A stretch of DNA of 64,000 nucleotides from positions 160,001-224,000 of the forward strand of contig CAWCKJ010000006.1 of the NCBI GenBank assembly GCA_963796105.1, written 5' to 3'. Shown one piece after another: positions 52,023 to 61,969 of this stretch; within the stretch, counting starts at the first letter, position 1, and each line of letters starts with the position of its first letter. The notes under the pieces were generated by a model. The model had not been told where the DNA came from. It worked only from the letters and a program-made list of their open reading frames with translations, and did not search any database. The translations under genes and the position numbers were made by a program. Origin of the DNA: a candidate division FCPU426 bacterium (GTDB taxonomy: Bacteria > Oederibacteriota > Muellerivitia > Muellerivitales > Muellerivitaceae).

Positions 52023-55013
52023 TTATCGGAGGATAAGCCATTTCAAGATGGTGCGGCCCGCTGAGGAGTCCACCGCGATGTAATAAAGGCCATTGGCCAG
52101 TGGTTTGCCCTGTTTGTCGATTGGGGAAATGGGAACTTGGAAACGGACAAGTCCCGCCGGAACACCATCATATTCTTGTCTTTGAACCATCCGTAAGACG
52201 GTGGTGAAAAGTCTGACGGTAACCTTTGAGGGTTTGGAATTGTTGAGGGTGAGTTGAAGGGTTACAGGGCCTGAATTCCGGAGCGGATTGGGCCAAACAA
52301 CCGGGGGACCTACCGTGATTCCAATCGTGGGAGTGATTGTCAGGTTCGGGGTGGGAGTCGCGGTGGGTGAGTAGGTGCCAGTTTGGGTCCAGGTGATTGT
52401 CAGTGACGGCGTTGAAGCCGGGGTGTCCGTTGAAATCAAGGTATCCGTAGCGGTCGGGGTGTCGGTATAAGTATAGGTTGGTACACCCGTCGGCCATGGA
52501 GTGGGGCTCATGGTTAAGGTGGGAGACAGGGTCAGGGTGGGAGTCAAAGTAGCCGAGGGAGAGGGAGTCCGAGTGGATGTAAGGGATGGAGTTGAGGTTA
52601 TCGCGGGGGAGGAAGTTGGGGAAAAGGTCGGGGTGGAAGTGAAGGGACAGGGTGACTGGACCAGGCGGATGTTATCCAAATAGAATGTTCCTGTTCCGGT
52701 GGAATCGGTGTTGAAAATGAAATAAAGCTCGGTCAAGGTATCCGTCCTGGAAAGCCCTCCCGCCGAATAATCAATATTCAAAGTCACGCTATTGGCTCCG
52801 GTGTTAAGCCAGGCATAGTTTGAAATTTGCCACTGCCCAAGAGCCGCGGAACTGGCGGCGAGGACCAATTGGGAATAAGTGGTTCCGGACGAAATAAGGG
52901 ATGGGGAGACATAGACATCCATGATCACTTGGCCCACCCCGGTCCAAACGTTTGGGGAAAAACCGGTCAAGTTCATGATTTCATTGTTCCAACGTACGTT
53001 CGTGGTTACGGCGACCGCCAGGGAATGACTGCCCTGGGTCACATTGAGGGTGGAAAGGGAAAGAGCGGAATGGTAAGTGACGCCGCTTGTGGGCGGGTTC
53101 CACGTGCCGTTATCCGTCAGGGTATCGCAGGCATTAAAGAGCACTGGGCATCCCGGCGGAGTGGCGGTCGGGGTCCAGGTCGGGGTGAGGGTCTTGGTCG
53201 CGGTGGGAGTCGGGGTTGGGCTTGGGGTAAAGGTGTAGGTGGGGATTGTTCCTGTGGAGGTGGGAGTGGCGGTGTGGGTTGGGGTGGGCGTCCCCGTGGA
53301 AGTGGAGGTGGAAGTAGGAGTGAGGGTGTTAAAAGATTGGCTCAGGGTGATTTCATAGAGAGTACCGGAGCGCCCTGGAAGGCTGTCGGAGAAACTGGCC
53401 GCCGAGGCTGTGACGGGAGCAGTCGTTGGGCTGTAGAGGGTGGAATGGGTGGAGTCAAACCGGTAGGACTTGATCGAAGAAATTCCCTGTCCTCCCGACA
53501 AGTTAGCAATTGTGAAACTTCCCGTGTCAGTGACGGAGGCCGAAGAATAATTCCGGCTGAGGGCCACTATCCAGATTTTGTTGGGCTGGATGTTGCTCCG
53601 CGCCGCGTAACCGGAGGCCAGGGTAATACTGGCGCTGGGAACCGAGACAGGCATGGAAAGGTTCCCGAAGCTTGCCCCGGCCCCGTTGTAATTGAGGTAA
53701 AGGTTGTATGCCGCCCCGACATAGGCGTTGTTGGTGCCGTCGTCCCAGCGGCAGGCTCCCACCCCGTATTTCCCGAAAATTCCCAAGGCGTCCGCCTGGG
53801 CCACCCCTCCGGAGACGTCCTCGCCGGAACCGTATTGGTACTCGGAAAAAAATAATTTTGTCCCAGGATAATATTGGCTGACCGCGGCTTGGAGTCGTGG
53901 AATGAGGGTGACGGGGGTGTTGGGAAGCGAGTTTTGGGCGATCCAGCTGATTTCGGTATAAGAAGGGTCCCAAAGGGAACGCGGCGCCTGCATGCGGGCG
54001 ACGGCGACTCCCTGGCTGGTATCATCGTTGGTGATTCGAACCTGGCTGGCGCCGTTGCTCCCGGTGGCCTCGGGGTACCAATGGAGGTCCAAGTAATGTA
54101 AAAGGCGCCGGCCGGCGGAGTTGGAAGCTGAGCTCATGGTGGCCAAGTAATAATTCAAGTAGGGAACATAGTTGCCGTTGTCGTAGGAAGATAGATTTCC
54201 AGCGTCCGGCGCGCCCTGGTTGTTGGTGTACTCCCCCCAGCCATAAGCCACTGGCCCCAGGACCTGGGCTACGGGATCAATAGAGGTGATCACGGTTGCT
54301 AGGCTGACCCCTTTTCCGGCCACTTCGGAGCAGGCGGCTTGGGCTGGATGTACGAGGGGATGGGTGCCGCTCCAAATACCCGGCTCATTGTCCAGATCAT
54401 AAAAGAGGGCCCCCCCGCTACTGGCGGAACCCACAGTGGCCAATAGGTAATACATTTCCTCATCCATATAAACTACGTTGTCGGTGGTGACCGGGGCACC
54501 TGAGGAAGGTCCACCTGAAAAACTCACGGCTTTCCAATAGGTCCCGCTCGTGTCCGCCGCCCCGGTGATCGTCACGTCGCAATTGCAATTGCCGTCAGCC
54601 GAGACATAACCCGCCATTTGCAGGGTGACAAGTGAGGCGGCAGTAACCGCGTTGTTGTTTAGGATGAAATTGGTCAGGGTGGTCGCCGGCAATCCGGGGG
54701 GGGTGACATTACCGGGAACCATATACCAGTCCTCATGGTTGGGGCCCCAATCCATGCCCGCGTTGGAGGCGTTATTTTCCCAGTTATATGCCGTCAACCG
54801 GTTGCCACCCTGGCGGTAAAGGGGAATGTTGTTGACCAGGGTGAAGGTGGGGGTTGTTTGGGTGGCTGGGTTGTTGGTGATGACGTCGTTGGATCCGTAA
54901 CAATAAGGGGGGATCACCGATACGGAAGCGCCAGCGTCCACGGTGAATGTGATCGTGGCGGCGCGCAGGACAGCGCAAAAGAAAAAGGAAAGGAAAAAGA
55001 AAGTTTTTTGGAT
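52023..55013 (-). CDS. GH44 endoglucanase plus CBM-like module, PT linkers and C-terminal domain
   Basis: R.GGNRLTAYNWENNASNAG.DW, LDNEP, DLHWYPE, SEY; WPNP...LANGLYY...KWLILR; frame open upstream to ATC 55013. Confidence 0.88.
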   Translation of the reverse strand: MQKTFFFLSFFFCAVLRAATITFTVDAGASVSVIPPYCYGSNDVITNNPATQTTPTFTLVNNIPLYRQGGNRLTAYNWENNASNAGMDWGPNHEDWYMVPGNVTPPGLPATTLTNFILNNNAVTAASLVTLQMAGYVSADGNCNCDVTITGAADTSGTYWKAVSFSGGPSSGAPVTTDNVVYMDEEMYYLLATVGSASSGGALFYDLDNEPGIWSGTHPLVHPAQAACSEVAGKGVSLATVITSIDPVAQVLGPVAYGWGEYTNNQGAPDAGNLSSYDNGNYVPYLNYYLATMSSASNSAGRRLLHYLDLHWYPEATGSNGASQVRITNDDTSQGVAVARMQAPRSLWDPSYTEISWIAQNSLPNTPVTLIPRLQAAVSQYYPGTKLFFSEYQYGSGEDVSGGVAQADALGIFGKYGVGACRWDDGTNNAYVGAAYNLYLNYNGAGASFGNLSMPVSVPSASITLASGYAARSNIQPNKIWIVALSRNYSSASVTDTGSFTIANLSGGQGISSIKSYRFDSTHSTLYSPTTAPVTASAASFSDSLPGRSGTLYEITLSQSFNTLTPTSTSTSTGTPTPTHTATPTSTGTIPTYTFTPSPTPTPTATKTLTPTWTPTATPPGCPVLFNACDTLTDNGTWNPPTSGVTYHSALSLSTLNVTQGSHSLAVAVTTNVRWNNEIMNLTGFSPNVWTGVGQVIMDVYVSPSLISSGTTYSQLVLAASSAALGQWQISNYAWLNTGANSVTLNIDYSAGGLSRTDTLTELYFIFNTDSTGTGTFYLDNIRLVQSPCPFTSTPTFSPTSSPAITSTPSLTSTRTPSPSATLTPTLTLSPTLTMSPTPWPTGVPTYTYTDTPTATDTLISTDTPASTPSLTITWTQTGTYSPTATPTPNLTITPTIGITVGPPVVWPNPLRNSGPVTLQLTLNNSKPSKVTVRLFTTVLRMVQRQEYDGVPAGLVRFQVPISPIDKQGKPLANGLYYIAVDSSAGRTILKWLILR

Positions 55014-55112
55014 GGAAGTGCCTCAGTTTTACTTGTGAGGGAAGTTTATCATGGAAATGTCCGGGTTTTAGGGTGAAAAGAGGATTAAGTTAAACAGCGT
55101 GATTGTAACTTA

Positions 55113-57191
55113 TTATTCTTTCTCGGCTTTAAAAGGCGTCCGGTCCTGTTTCAAAACGATTTGGTAAAGGTCCAAAAGATTTTTATATTCAATGCCTGGG
55201 AGGAAAGTGCGCTGTTTCAAACCCAAATAACGCTCGTAAACAAGCGTGTCAAATTGCACCTTTGAGTCGGAGGAGAACTCGGCGGCTTGGTTGGTCAAGG
55301 CCACATCCTTGGGGAGATCCCCTGTCTTGAAACCGTTGGGCAGTTTAACAATGGCCTGAGTTTCCGAGTTGAAATTTTGGGGAATGACAACAGGCGTTTG
55401 GCGGCTTTCTTTCAGGGCGGCGAAGAAGTCGTCAATATCCTCGAAAACCAGCGGATAAAAAGTCATGGAGCCGTCCGCCGCCAGTTTGGCGTAACGGGGA
55501 ATCTCAAAGGTGTAATGGACATCCAGCGGGGTGGTTAAATCCCGGTAATCCCCGAAATGGTAATCCAGCAATCGGACGCCCGGAAAACGCTTGGAAAGGG
55601 ACTTCCAGACGGCTTGACGGCGGTTGTCCCCGGGGTTGGCCCGGAAAAAACGGCGAAGGGCCAATTCGGAAGAACCGAAGGCCCTCAAATCGACGGTGCA
55701 CTTCAGCTTGCCAGCCGTATCGAAACTCATGGTGAGATCCCGATGCTTGCGATGTTCCCTGGCCGTGAAGGGGGGAAGGGTTTTCCAGGTCAGGGGTGAA
55801 AACACGGAAAGAGCCTGCCGGCCCAACGCCGAAAGGGGAAGGATTTTTGGGGGGGCAAGGGGTTCGGTTGGATCCATCCAGACCCAGTCCTTCCCATTTG
55901 AGACGGCTATCAAGACCCCGTCCAATTGAGAAAGCGCAGGAAGATCCCCAACCAGATCGCCGCTTGTGGATTGCCGGTAAAGGAAGACTTGGGGATTCAG
56001 TTTGAGGGCTTTCAGGGCCATGGCAAAAAGCACAGTCAAGTCATGGGAAGTACCTTTGCCGCTCTCGATAATCTCGGTCACCGGCCGGTCCGGATTAAGG
56101 TACACCGGCAGGCCCGTGTCCACCCATTCAACTTTCTGGTGGATGACCTCCTTCAATTTGGAGAGCCGGTCAATGAGGGGCAGGGTGGTGTTTCCACAGG
56201 CGTCACCCAGCAGTTCATATATCGGTCCGGGCTCCGAATCCAAGTACATTTTGACCCTTTTTCGGTAAGGTGAAACGGCCGATTCCCAGGTTTTGTTTAT
56301 AGTGAAGGCGGCCAGCGGAGCCAAGTCCGCGAGGGAGGGCTGGAAGCTTTCCACCGGGATGGGGTCGGAGGGGGGGTCCATGGAAAAATGGATTGTTTTT
56401 TCCTTGGAATGCTTTTCCTCGGTGACCAGGAGATTTTGGGGCATCCGAAGCCTGACAGCGTAGAGGTAAAGATCCGAGGGCATCTTCAAGGTCAAATCCC
56501 TCTTGAGGGAGGGAGAGTAGTCGTTCCAGGAAAAAGCGAAACTTCCCTCCGCGGGTACGGGATGGGGTTTCTTGAAATCCTTTTTAAAGTCCCTCTCGGA
56601 CATGAGGCTGGAAATTTTGGTTTCGAGGGTAAAGGCCACCTCCAGGGCTTGATGGGCGCCGAGGGATGGCAGGTGAACCGTCGCGATTTTAGATAAACCC
56701 CCCGGCAGATTCGGCTCAGGAGATGACCAATCCAACGTGACTGGAGTGGAAACCCGGCTCAGTGTTCCATCGTTATTCAAGTCGTACAAATTCAGGGTTT
56801 GCACTGAGAGTGTTTGGGAATCCTGGTTGAGAGTGGCCAGGGGAGGAAGGGGAAAATCGGGTTTGGCGGCTGCGGCCCATACCCGGTGTACCGTGATCTT
56901 CATGCTTTTGTCTTGATTCCAGTCCACTTGGGCTTGATCTAACACGTTCAGGAATTTAGGGGAGTCTGGTTCCCGCAATTGAGCCGCGGATTGTGAAATG
57001 AGGCGCTCGGTTTCGGATAACTCACCTGATGGTTTTTTTTCGGATGGCGCTGTCGCGCATCCATTGATCAGGATTATGAACAGGAAGGCTCCGGCCCAAT
57101 TCCGAATGGCCGAAAAAATAGCTCCGACGAGGAGTCCTCGTTCCGATGCTTGAGAGGTCTCTTTCCCGGCTGAATTGTTTATATGATTCAT
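55113..57191 (-). CDS. Transglutaminase-like (DUF3857/DUF3858) protein, catalytic Cys apparently absent
   Basis: GKGTSHDL in place of the usual G.G.C.D; WMDPT. Confidence 0.65.
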   Translation of the reverse strand: MNHINNSAGKETSQASERGLLVGAIFSAIRNWAGAFLFIILINGCATAPSEKKPSGELSETERLISQSAAQLREPDSPKFLNVLDQAQVDWNQDKSMKITVHRVWAAAAKPDFPLPPLATLNQDSQTLSVQTLNLYDLNNDGTLSRVSTPVTLDWSSPEPNLPGGLSKIATVHLPSLGAHQALEVAFTLETKISSLMSERDFKKDFKKPHPVPAEGSFAFSWNDYSPSLKRDLTLKMPSDLYLYAVRLRMPQNLLVTEEKHSKEKTIHFSMDPPSDPIPVESFQPSLADLAPLAAFTINKTWESAVSPYRKRVKMYLDSEPGPIYELLGDACGNTTLPLIDRLSKLKEVIHQKVEWVDTGLPVYLNPDRPVTEIIESGKGTSHDLTVLFAMALKALKLNPQVFLYRQSTSGDLVGDLPALSQLDGVLIAVSNGKDWVWMDPTEPLAPPKILPLSALGRQALSVFSPLTWKTLPPFTAREHRKHRDLTMSFDTAGKLKCTVDLRAFGSSELALRRFFRANPGDNRRQAVWKSLSKRFPGVRLLDYHFGDYRDLTTPLDVHYTFEIPRYAKLAADGSMTFYPLVFEDIDDFFAALKESRQTPVVIPQNFNSETQAIVKLPNGFKTGDLPKDVALTNQAAEFSSDSKVQFDTLVYERYLGLKQRTFLPGIEYKNLLDLYQIVLKQDRTPFKAEKE

Positions 57192-57853
57192 TTTTTTTCT
57201 CCGGCGTTTTTCAGGGCCCTGACAGCCACTTCCATGTCCGGGGCCTTGAAGAGAGCCGTGGCGGCCACCAACATGTTGGCGCCAGCCTCAATGACTAAGG
57301 GAGCTGTTCGGGGAGAAATTCCACCATCCACGGCGATATCCAGGTCCATGTTTTCCCCGCGGCACCATTTGGAAAAACGGGCTATTTTCGGAATAACCTG
57401 GGGCATGAAGGCTTGGCCCGCGTATCCCGGATAAACACTCATGAAGAGAACTGAGTCTAGTTTTCCGGCGAAAGGTTTCAAAATGTCCTCCGGCGTATCC
57501 GGATTGAGAACCATGCCGGCCCTGCATCCGTTGGTATGGATCATGTGGATCAGGCGCAACGGATCCTCGACAGCCTCGGCGTGGAATAAAATGGCGGTAG
57601 AGCCGGCCTTGGCATATTCAGGGATGAATTTTTCCGCGTTCTCGATCATCAAGTGCGCCTCGATGGAGGCCTTGATCCTGTCCTTCAGTCCCGCGATGAC
57701 TGGCGCGCCAAAGGTGAGATTGGGGACAAAATGTCCATCCATCACATCCATGTGAAGAATGTCAGCCCCCGCTTTCAGGGCCCTACGGCTCTCCTCCAGG
57801 AGATTTCCAAGGTCAGCGGCCAAGATGGATGCGGAAACTTGAATTCGTTTCAT
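57188..57853 (-). CDS. rpe: Ribulose-phosphate 3-epimerase
   Basis: HMDVMDGHFVPNLTFG, MSVYPG, VDGGI. Confidence 0.96.
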   Translation of the reverse strand: MKRIQVSASILAADLGNLLEESRRALKAGADILHMDVMDGHFVPNLTFGAPVIAGLKDRIKASIEAHLMIENAEKFIPEYAKAGSTAILFHAEAVEDPLRLIHMIHTNGCRAGMVLNPDTPEDILKPFAGKLDSVLFMSVYPGYAGQAFMPQVIPKIARFSKWCRGENMDLDIAVDGGISPRTAPLVIEAGANMLVAATALFKAPDMEVAVRALKNAGEKK

Positions 57854-58096
57854 AAAAATCCTTCGCGTATTTAGGCGTTTTTTAAGCAAAAATCAAAAAT
57901 GCTAGAATCACGGCGTTAATAGGGCTGAGTCACAAGATACTTGACCCCGTTCAAAATTAATAATGAAACCATAAGGGCGGAGTTATACTATCAAAACGAC
58001 AACAAAATATCCAAAGTCCCGGATGAATGTGATTTCCCTGGATTTTGAATGTTCGTTTTATTACGACCATTCTCTTGATGGCCTTCCGAGTGTGGT

Positions 58097-61000
58097 ATGA
58101 AACACAAAAGAACTAAAATTTCTCCCAAACCCCGATCCAAAAAATCCCCGAATAACAATAAAAAAATTGACTCAAAAAGTATTTCCCGGACGAATGACGG
58201 GATTTTTCCCGGAATCCTTTCTCCTGTTGTTGTTCCCTCTGATAAACCCGGTAAAGCCAAAATCAAGGTCCGGCAATCGGATCAATATCGGGACTTAGTG
58301 GAAAAATTCAGCGACGGGATCATGATTGTTGGGATGGACGGCCGCGTTCATTACGCCAGTCCCTCGCTGGAAAGAGTCCTTGGAAACCCCGCGAAAGACT
58401 TGGTGGACAAAAATGCCCTCAAGGCCCTCCGTCCCGATTCCATGGGTAAAGTCGACGCTTTTGTCCGAAAACTCTTAAAAACCCAAGGCGTCGTGATTCA
58501 CGAGGAATTCAAGGCCCGCCACAAGAGCGGATCTTGGAGGGATTTGGACGTCACCGGCATCAACCATTTCAATGATCCCAGGGTAAAGGGATTGGTCCTT
58601 AATTTCCGGGATATCACCGAGAGGAGAAGCGCCGAAAAAGCCCTCCGGGGCTCCGAAGAGCTTTTCCGGAGCCTGACTGAGAATTCCCATGATGTCATAT
58701 CCCTGGTGGGCGCCGATGGGTTGGTCCGTTATATCAGCCCCTCCCAAAAAAAGGTGTTGGGATATGACCCGACGGAATTGACGGGAAAAAAGATGGATGT
58801 TCTCATCCACCCGGATGATTTGGACCGCCTTCATAAGATATTTCGATCGTTCATTCAAAGAGTGGGAGAGACGATCACGGTGGATGTGCGCGCCAAACAC
58901 AAGGACGGTTCCTGGCGGGTCATGGAAGCGACGGCCATTAACCACCTGAATAATCCCGCCGTCCATGGGATCATCGTTACCCACCGGGATATCACCGACC
59001 GGAAGCTGACTCAGGACGCGATCAAGGCTTCCGAGGAAAAATTCCGGGCTTTGATCGAGAAATCCCATGAGGGAGTCAAGATCGTCGGGCCCGACACTTT
59101 GGTCCGCTATGTCAGCCCCTCAGTCCAGGGAGTGCTGGGCTATGTCCCCGAGGATTTGTTGGGAAAGAGCTGTTTTGAGATTCTCCATCCGGAGGACCGG
59201 GAAATGGCCAAGGCGTTTTTCCAGGAACTGGCCGGAATGCCGGGAATCGCGAAGCAGGGGGAGTTAAGGGCCCTCCACAAGGATGGAAGCTGGAGAACCT
59301 TGGAAATCACCGGCACCAACCATTTCAATGAACCTATGGTGGGGGGATTGGTCCTGAATTACAGGGATATCACCGAAGTGAAGAAGACGAGGGAAGAACT
59401 CCGGCAATCCGAGGAAAAGTTCAGGACCCTCATCGAGAATTCCAACGACGTTCTTGCCGTCATCAATCTCCGGGCCGAAGTGAAATATGTCAGCCCTTCG
59501 GTGAAATATGTCTTGGGATATTCCCCGGAAGAATTAGCGGGGCATAGGGACGAGGATTTTATCCATCCGGATGACCGTGATGTGTTGGGGAAAATCGTGG
59601 AAGTTGTCACAGCCAATCCTGGAAAAGCCATTGGATTTGAGCTGAGGGGAAAACACAAAAATGGATCCTGGAGGAGGCTGGAAGGAACCATCACCAACTT
59701 GTTGAACAATCTTCCTGTCATGGGATTCGGGGCGGTTTTCCGGGACGTCACTGAGAAAAGGAGAGCTGAAGAGGAAGTCGTCAAATCCGAGAAAAGATTC
59801 CGCAGTCTTATCGAGCACTCCCACGATTTGATCCAGATTTGGGGCCCCAAGGGCGAGAGGCTTTATGAAAGCCCCACCATAGAGAGATTGCTGGGATACC
59901 GCCCGGGCGAAAGAAGGGGCTCGGCGATGGATGCGGGTGTTACTTCCGATGATGATAAAGCCCAAAAGTTCCTGAAGCATATCCTGGCCGCACCAGGCTT
60001 GCCGCTTCGGGCGGAGATCAAGGCCCGGCATAAGGACGGTCATTTCATCGACATGGAGGTAGTCGCCACAAACCTTCTCCATGATCCGGCTGTCGGGGGC
60101 ATCGTGGTCAACTCCAGGAATATTGCGGAGAAAAAACTCGCGGAGGAGGCGCTAGTCAAGTCGGAGGAGAAATTCCGCAGCCTCATCGAGAAATCCTATG
60201 ATGGAATCCACATGGTGGACGCCCAAGGGAAACTTCTCTACGTCAGCCCCGCTATCAAAAAAATCCTGGGTTTTGATCCCGAAGAGCGGATTGGGCGCTC
60301 TTTTTTGGAACTTCAACCCAAAGAAGACCGGGAAGGCGTCCGAAGGGAATTCGAACGGTTTGTCCAAAATGTTGGCGGTACAGGGACCATTCGAGTGCGG
60401 GTGCGGCACAAGGACGGCTCTTTGAGGTATCTGGAGGTGGCCGGTACCAACCTGTTGAACCACCCGGCCATCCAGGGGATCGTTTTCAACTATCGTGACA
60501 TGACTGAAGGCATTTTGGCAGAGGAGTCTATCAGGCAGTCTGAGGAAAAATTCCGGAATCTTTTGGAAATGATTCCTTACGGAATATGGGTGCACCGCCA
60601 GAAGAAAATCACCTATATCAATGAGGCGGCCTTGCGGATCTTGGGTTATCGGAAAGCCGGGGAATTGATCGGAAAAGAGTCCTTGGAATTGGTCCATCCC
60701 GAGGAAAGGGATGCGGCGAAAAAGAGAATCGACCATTTGAAACCCGGAGAACATAATCCTTCCGTTGAAAGGAGGTTTCTTCGCAAAAATGGTGAGACGG
60801 TTTACACCGAAGTCATGAGCCTTTCGATTTTATCTGAAGGGCAACCGGCTGTTTTGGTGGTGATCCGGGACCTTACGGAAAGGAAAAAAAATGAGGCGGA
60901 ACTCCGGAGGTCGGAGGAAAATTTCCGCTCTTTGGTAGAGAATTCACCTGACGCCATCCTGATTCACTGGGGAGAGGTGATTTATTACGCCAATCCTTCC

Positions 61001-61969
61001 TTCTTGAAGCTTACCGGTTACGCAACCCGCGAGGAAGTGATTGGACAACCCTGGGATTTTCACCTTCATCCGGATGAAAAGAACGCGGTCCATAACAGGA
61101 TAAAAAACGCGATGGAATTGGGGGAATTCAATCCTCCTGCCGAGCGGAAAGTGGTCCGGAAAGACGGTTCTGTGGTCCTGGTGGAATCTCTGAGCTTTGG
61201 GATCCAATATGGGACTGAAAAGATGACCGTCGCTGTTTTGCGGGACTTGAGCGAGAGAAAGAACGCCGAACAAGCCGTCATGAAATTCGAGCGCTTGAGC
61301 ACGATAGGAGAAATGGCCGCCGCTCTGGCCCACGAGATTCGAAATCCCCTCTCTGGCATATCCCTTTCAGCCCAATACCTCCAAAGGAAATTCGGGAGCC
61401 AGCCGGAGGTTGTGGAGCAGGCCAAAAATGTCCTGGAGCAGTCCGAACGCCTCAAAAAACTCGTGGACGATACCTTGGATTACGCTCAGGATCGGCCGGC
61501 CGAGGAAAAAATGGTGAAAGACACTCGGGATCTGATGGCCCTATCCCTCCGCCAAGCGCAGGTCCAATTCGGGCCCAAACATGCCAATTTCCAAGTCCGG
61601 TGGGAATTTGAGCGTGACCAGTTTCACTTATTCGTCAACCCCTATCGAATCCAGCAGATACTTTCCAACCTAATCCTGAACGCATTCCAGGCCATGGGCG
61701 AGAATGGGATTTTGACTTTGAAGTGCTGGAAAAATGAAAAAGACGTTTATTTGGCGGTCCAGGACGACGGTCCAGGCGTCAATGATGAGGCGCTCTCCAG
61801 GCTTTTCGAGCCGTTTTTTACCACCAAATCCAACGGGTCTGGACTCGGGCTTTCGGTCAGCCGTAAGATTGCCGAATCGCATGGCGGAGACCTGAAGGTT
61901 GAGCGGCTCCGCCCCAAGGGCACCGTGTTTGTTCTTCGCATTCCTTGTGAAAAGGGAAAGCCGGCGTGA
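58097..61969 (+). CDS. Cytoplasmic histidine kinase with 8 PAS domains
   Basis: Eight FRxLxE...RD PAS repeats; AHEIRNPL; PFFTTK; GSGLGL. Confidence 0.93.
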   Translation: MKHKRTKISPKPRSKKSPNNNKKIDSKSISRTNDGIFPGILSPVVVPSDKPGKAKIKVRQSDQYRDLVEKFSDGIMIVGMDGRVHYASPSLERVLGNPAKDLVDKNALKALRPDSMGKVDAFVRKLLKTQGVVIHEEFKARHKSGSWRDLDVTGINHFNDPRVKGLVLNFRDITERRSAEKALRGSEELFRSLTENSHDVISLVGADGLVRYISPSQKKVLGYDPTELTGKKMDVLIHPDDLDRLHKIFRSFIQRVGETITVDVRAKHKDGSWRVMEATAINHLNNPAVHGIIVTHRDITDRKLTQDAIKASEEKFRALIEKSHEGVKIVGPDTLVRYVSPSVQGVLGYVPEDLLGKSCFEILHPEDREMAKAFFQELAGMPGIAKQGELRALHKDGSWRTLEITGTNHFNEPMVGGLVLNYRDITEVKKTREELRQSEEKFRTLIENSNDVLAVINLRAEVKYVSPSVKYVLGYSPEELAGHRDEDFIHPDDRDVLGKIVEVVTANPGKAIGFELRGKHKNGSWRRLEGTITNLLNNLPVMGFGAVFRDVTEKRRAEEEVVKSEKRFRSLIEHSHDLIQIWGPKGERLYESPTIERLLGYRPGERRGSAMDAGVTSDDDKAQKFLKHILAAPGLPLRAEIKARHKDGHFIDMEVVATNLLHDPAVGGIVVNSRNIAEKKLAEEALVKSEEKFRSLIEKSYDGIHMVDAQGKLLYVSPAIKKILGFDPEERIGRSFLELQPKEDREGVRREFERFVQNVGGTGTIRVRVRHKDGSLRYLEVAGTNLLNHPAIQGIVFNYRDMTEGILAEESIRQSEEKFRNLLEMIPYGIWVHRQKKITYINEAALRILGYRKAGELIGKESLELVHPEERDAAKKRIDHLKPGEHNPSVERRFLRKNGETVYTEVMSLSILSEGQPAVLVVIRDLTERKKNEAELRRSEENFRSLVENSPDAILIHWGEVIYYANPSFLKLTGYATREEVIGQPWDFHLHPDEKNAVHNRIKNAMELGEFNPPAERKVVRKDGSVVLVESLSFGIQYGTEKMTVAVLRDLSERKNAEQAVMKFERLSTIGEMAAALAHEIRNPLSGISLSAQYLQRKFGSQPEVVEQAKNVLEQSERLKKLVDDTLDYAQDRPAEEKMVKDTRDLMALSLRQAQVQFGPKHANFQVRWEFERDQFHLFVNPYRIQQILSNLILNAFQAMGENGILTLKCWKNEKDVYLAVQDDGPGVNDEALSRLFEPFFTTKSNGSGLGLSVSRKIAESHGGDLKVERLRPKGTVFVLRIPCEKGKPA

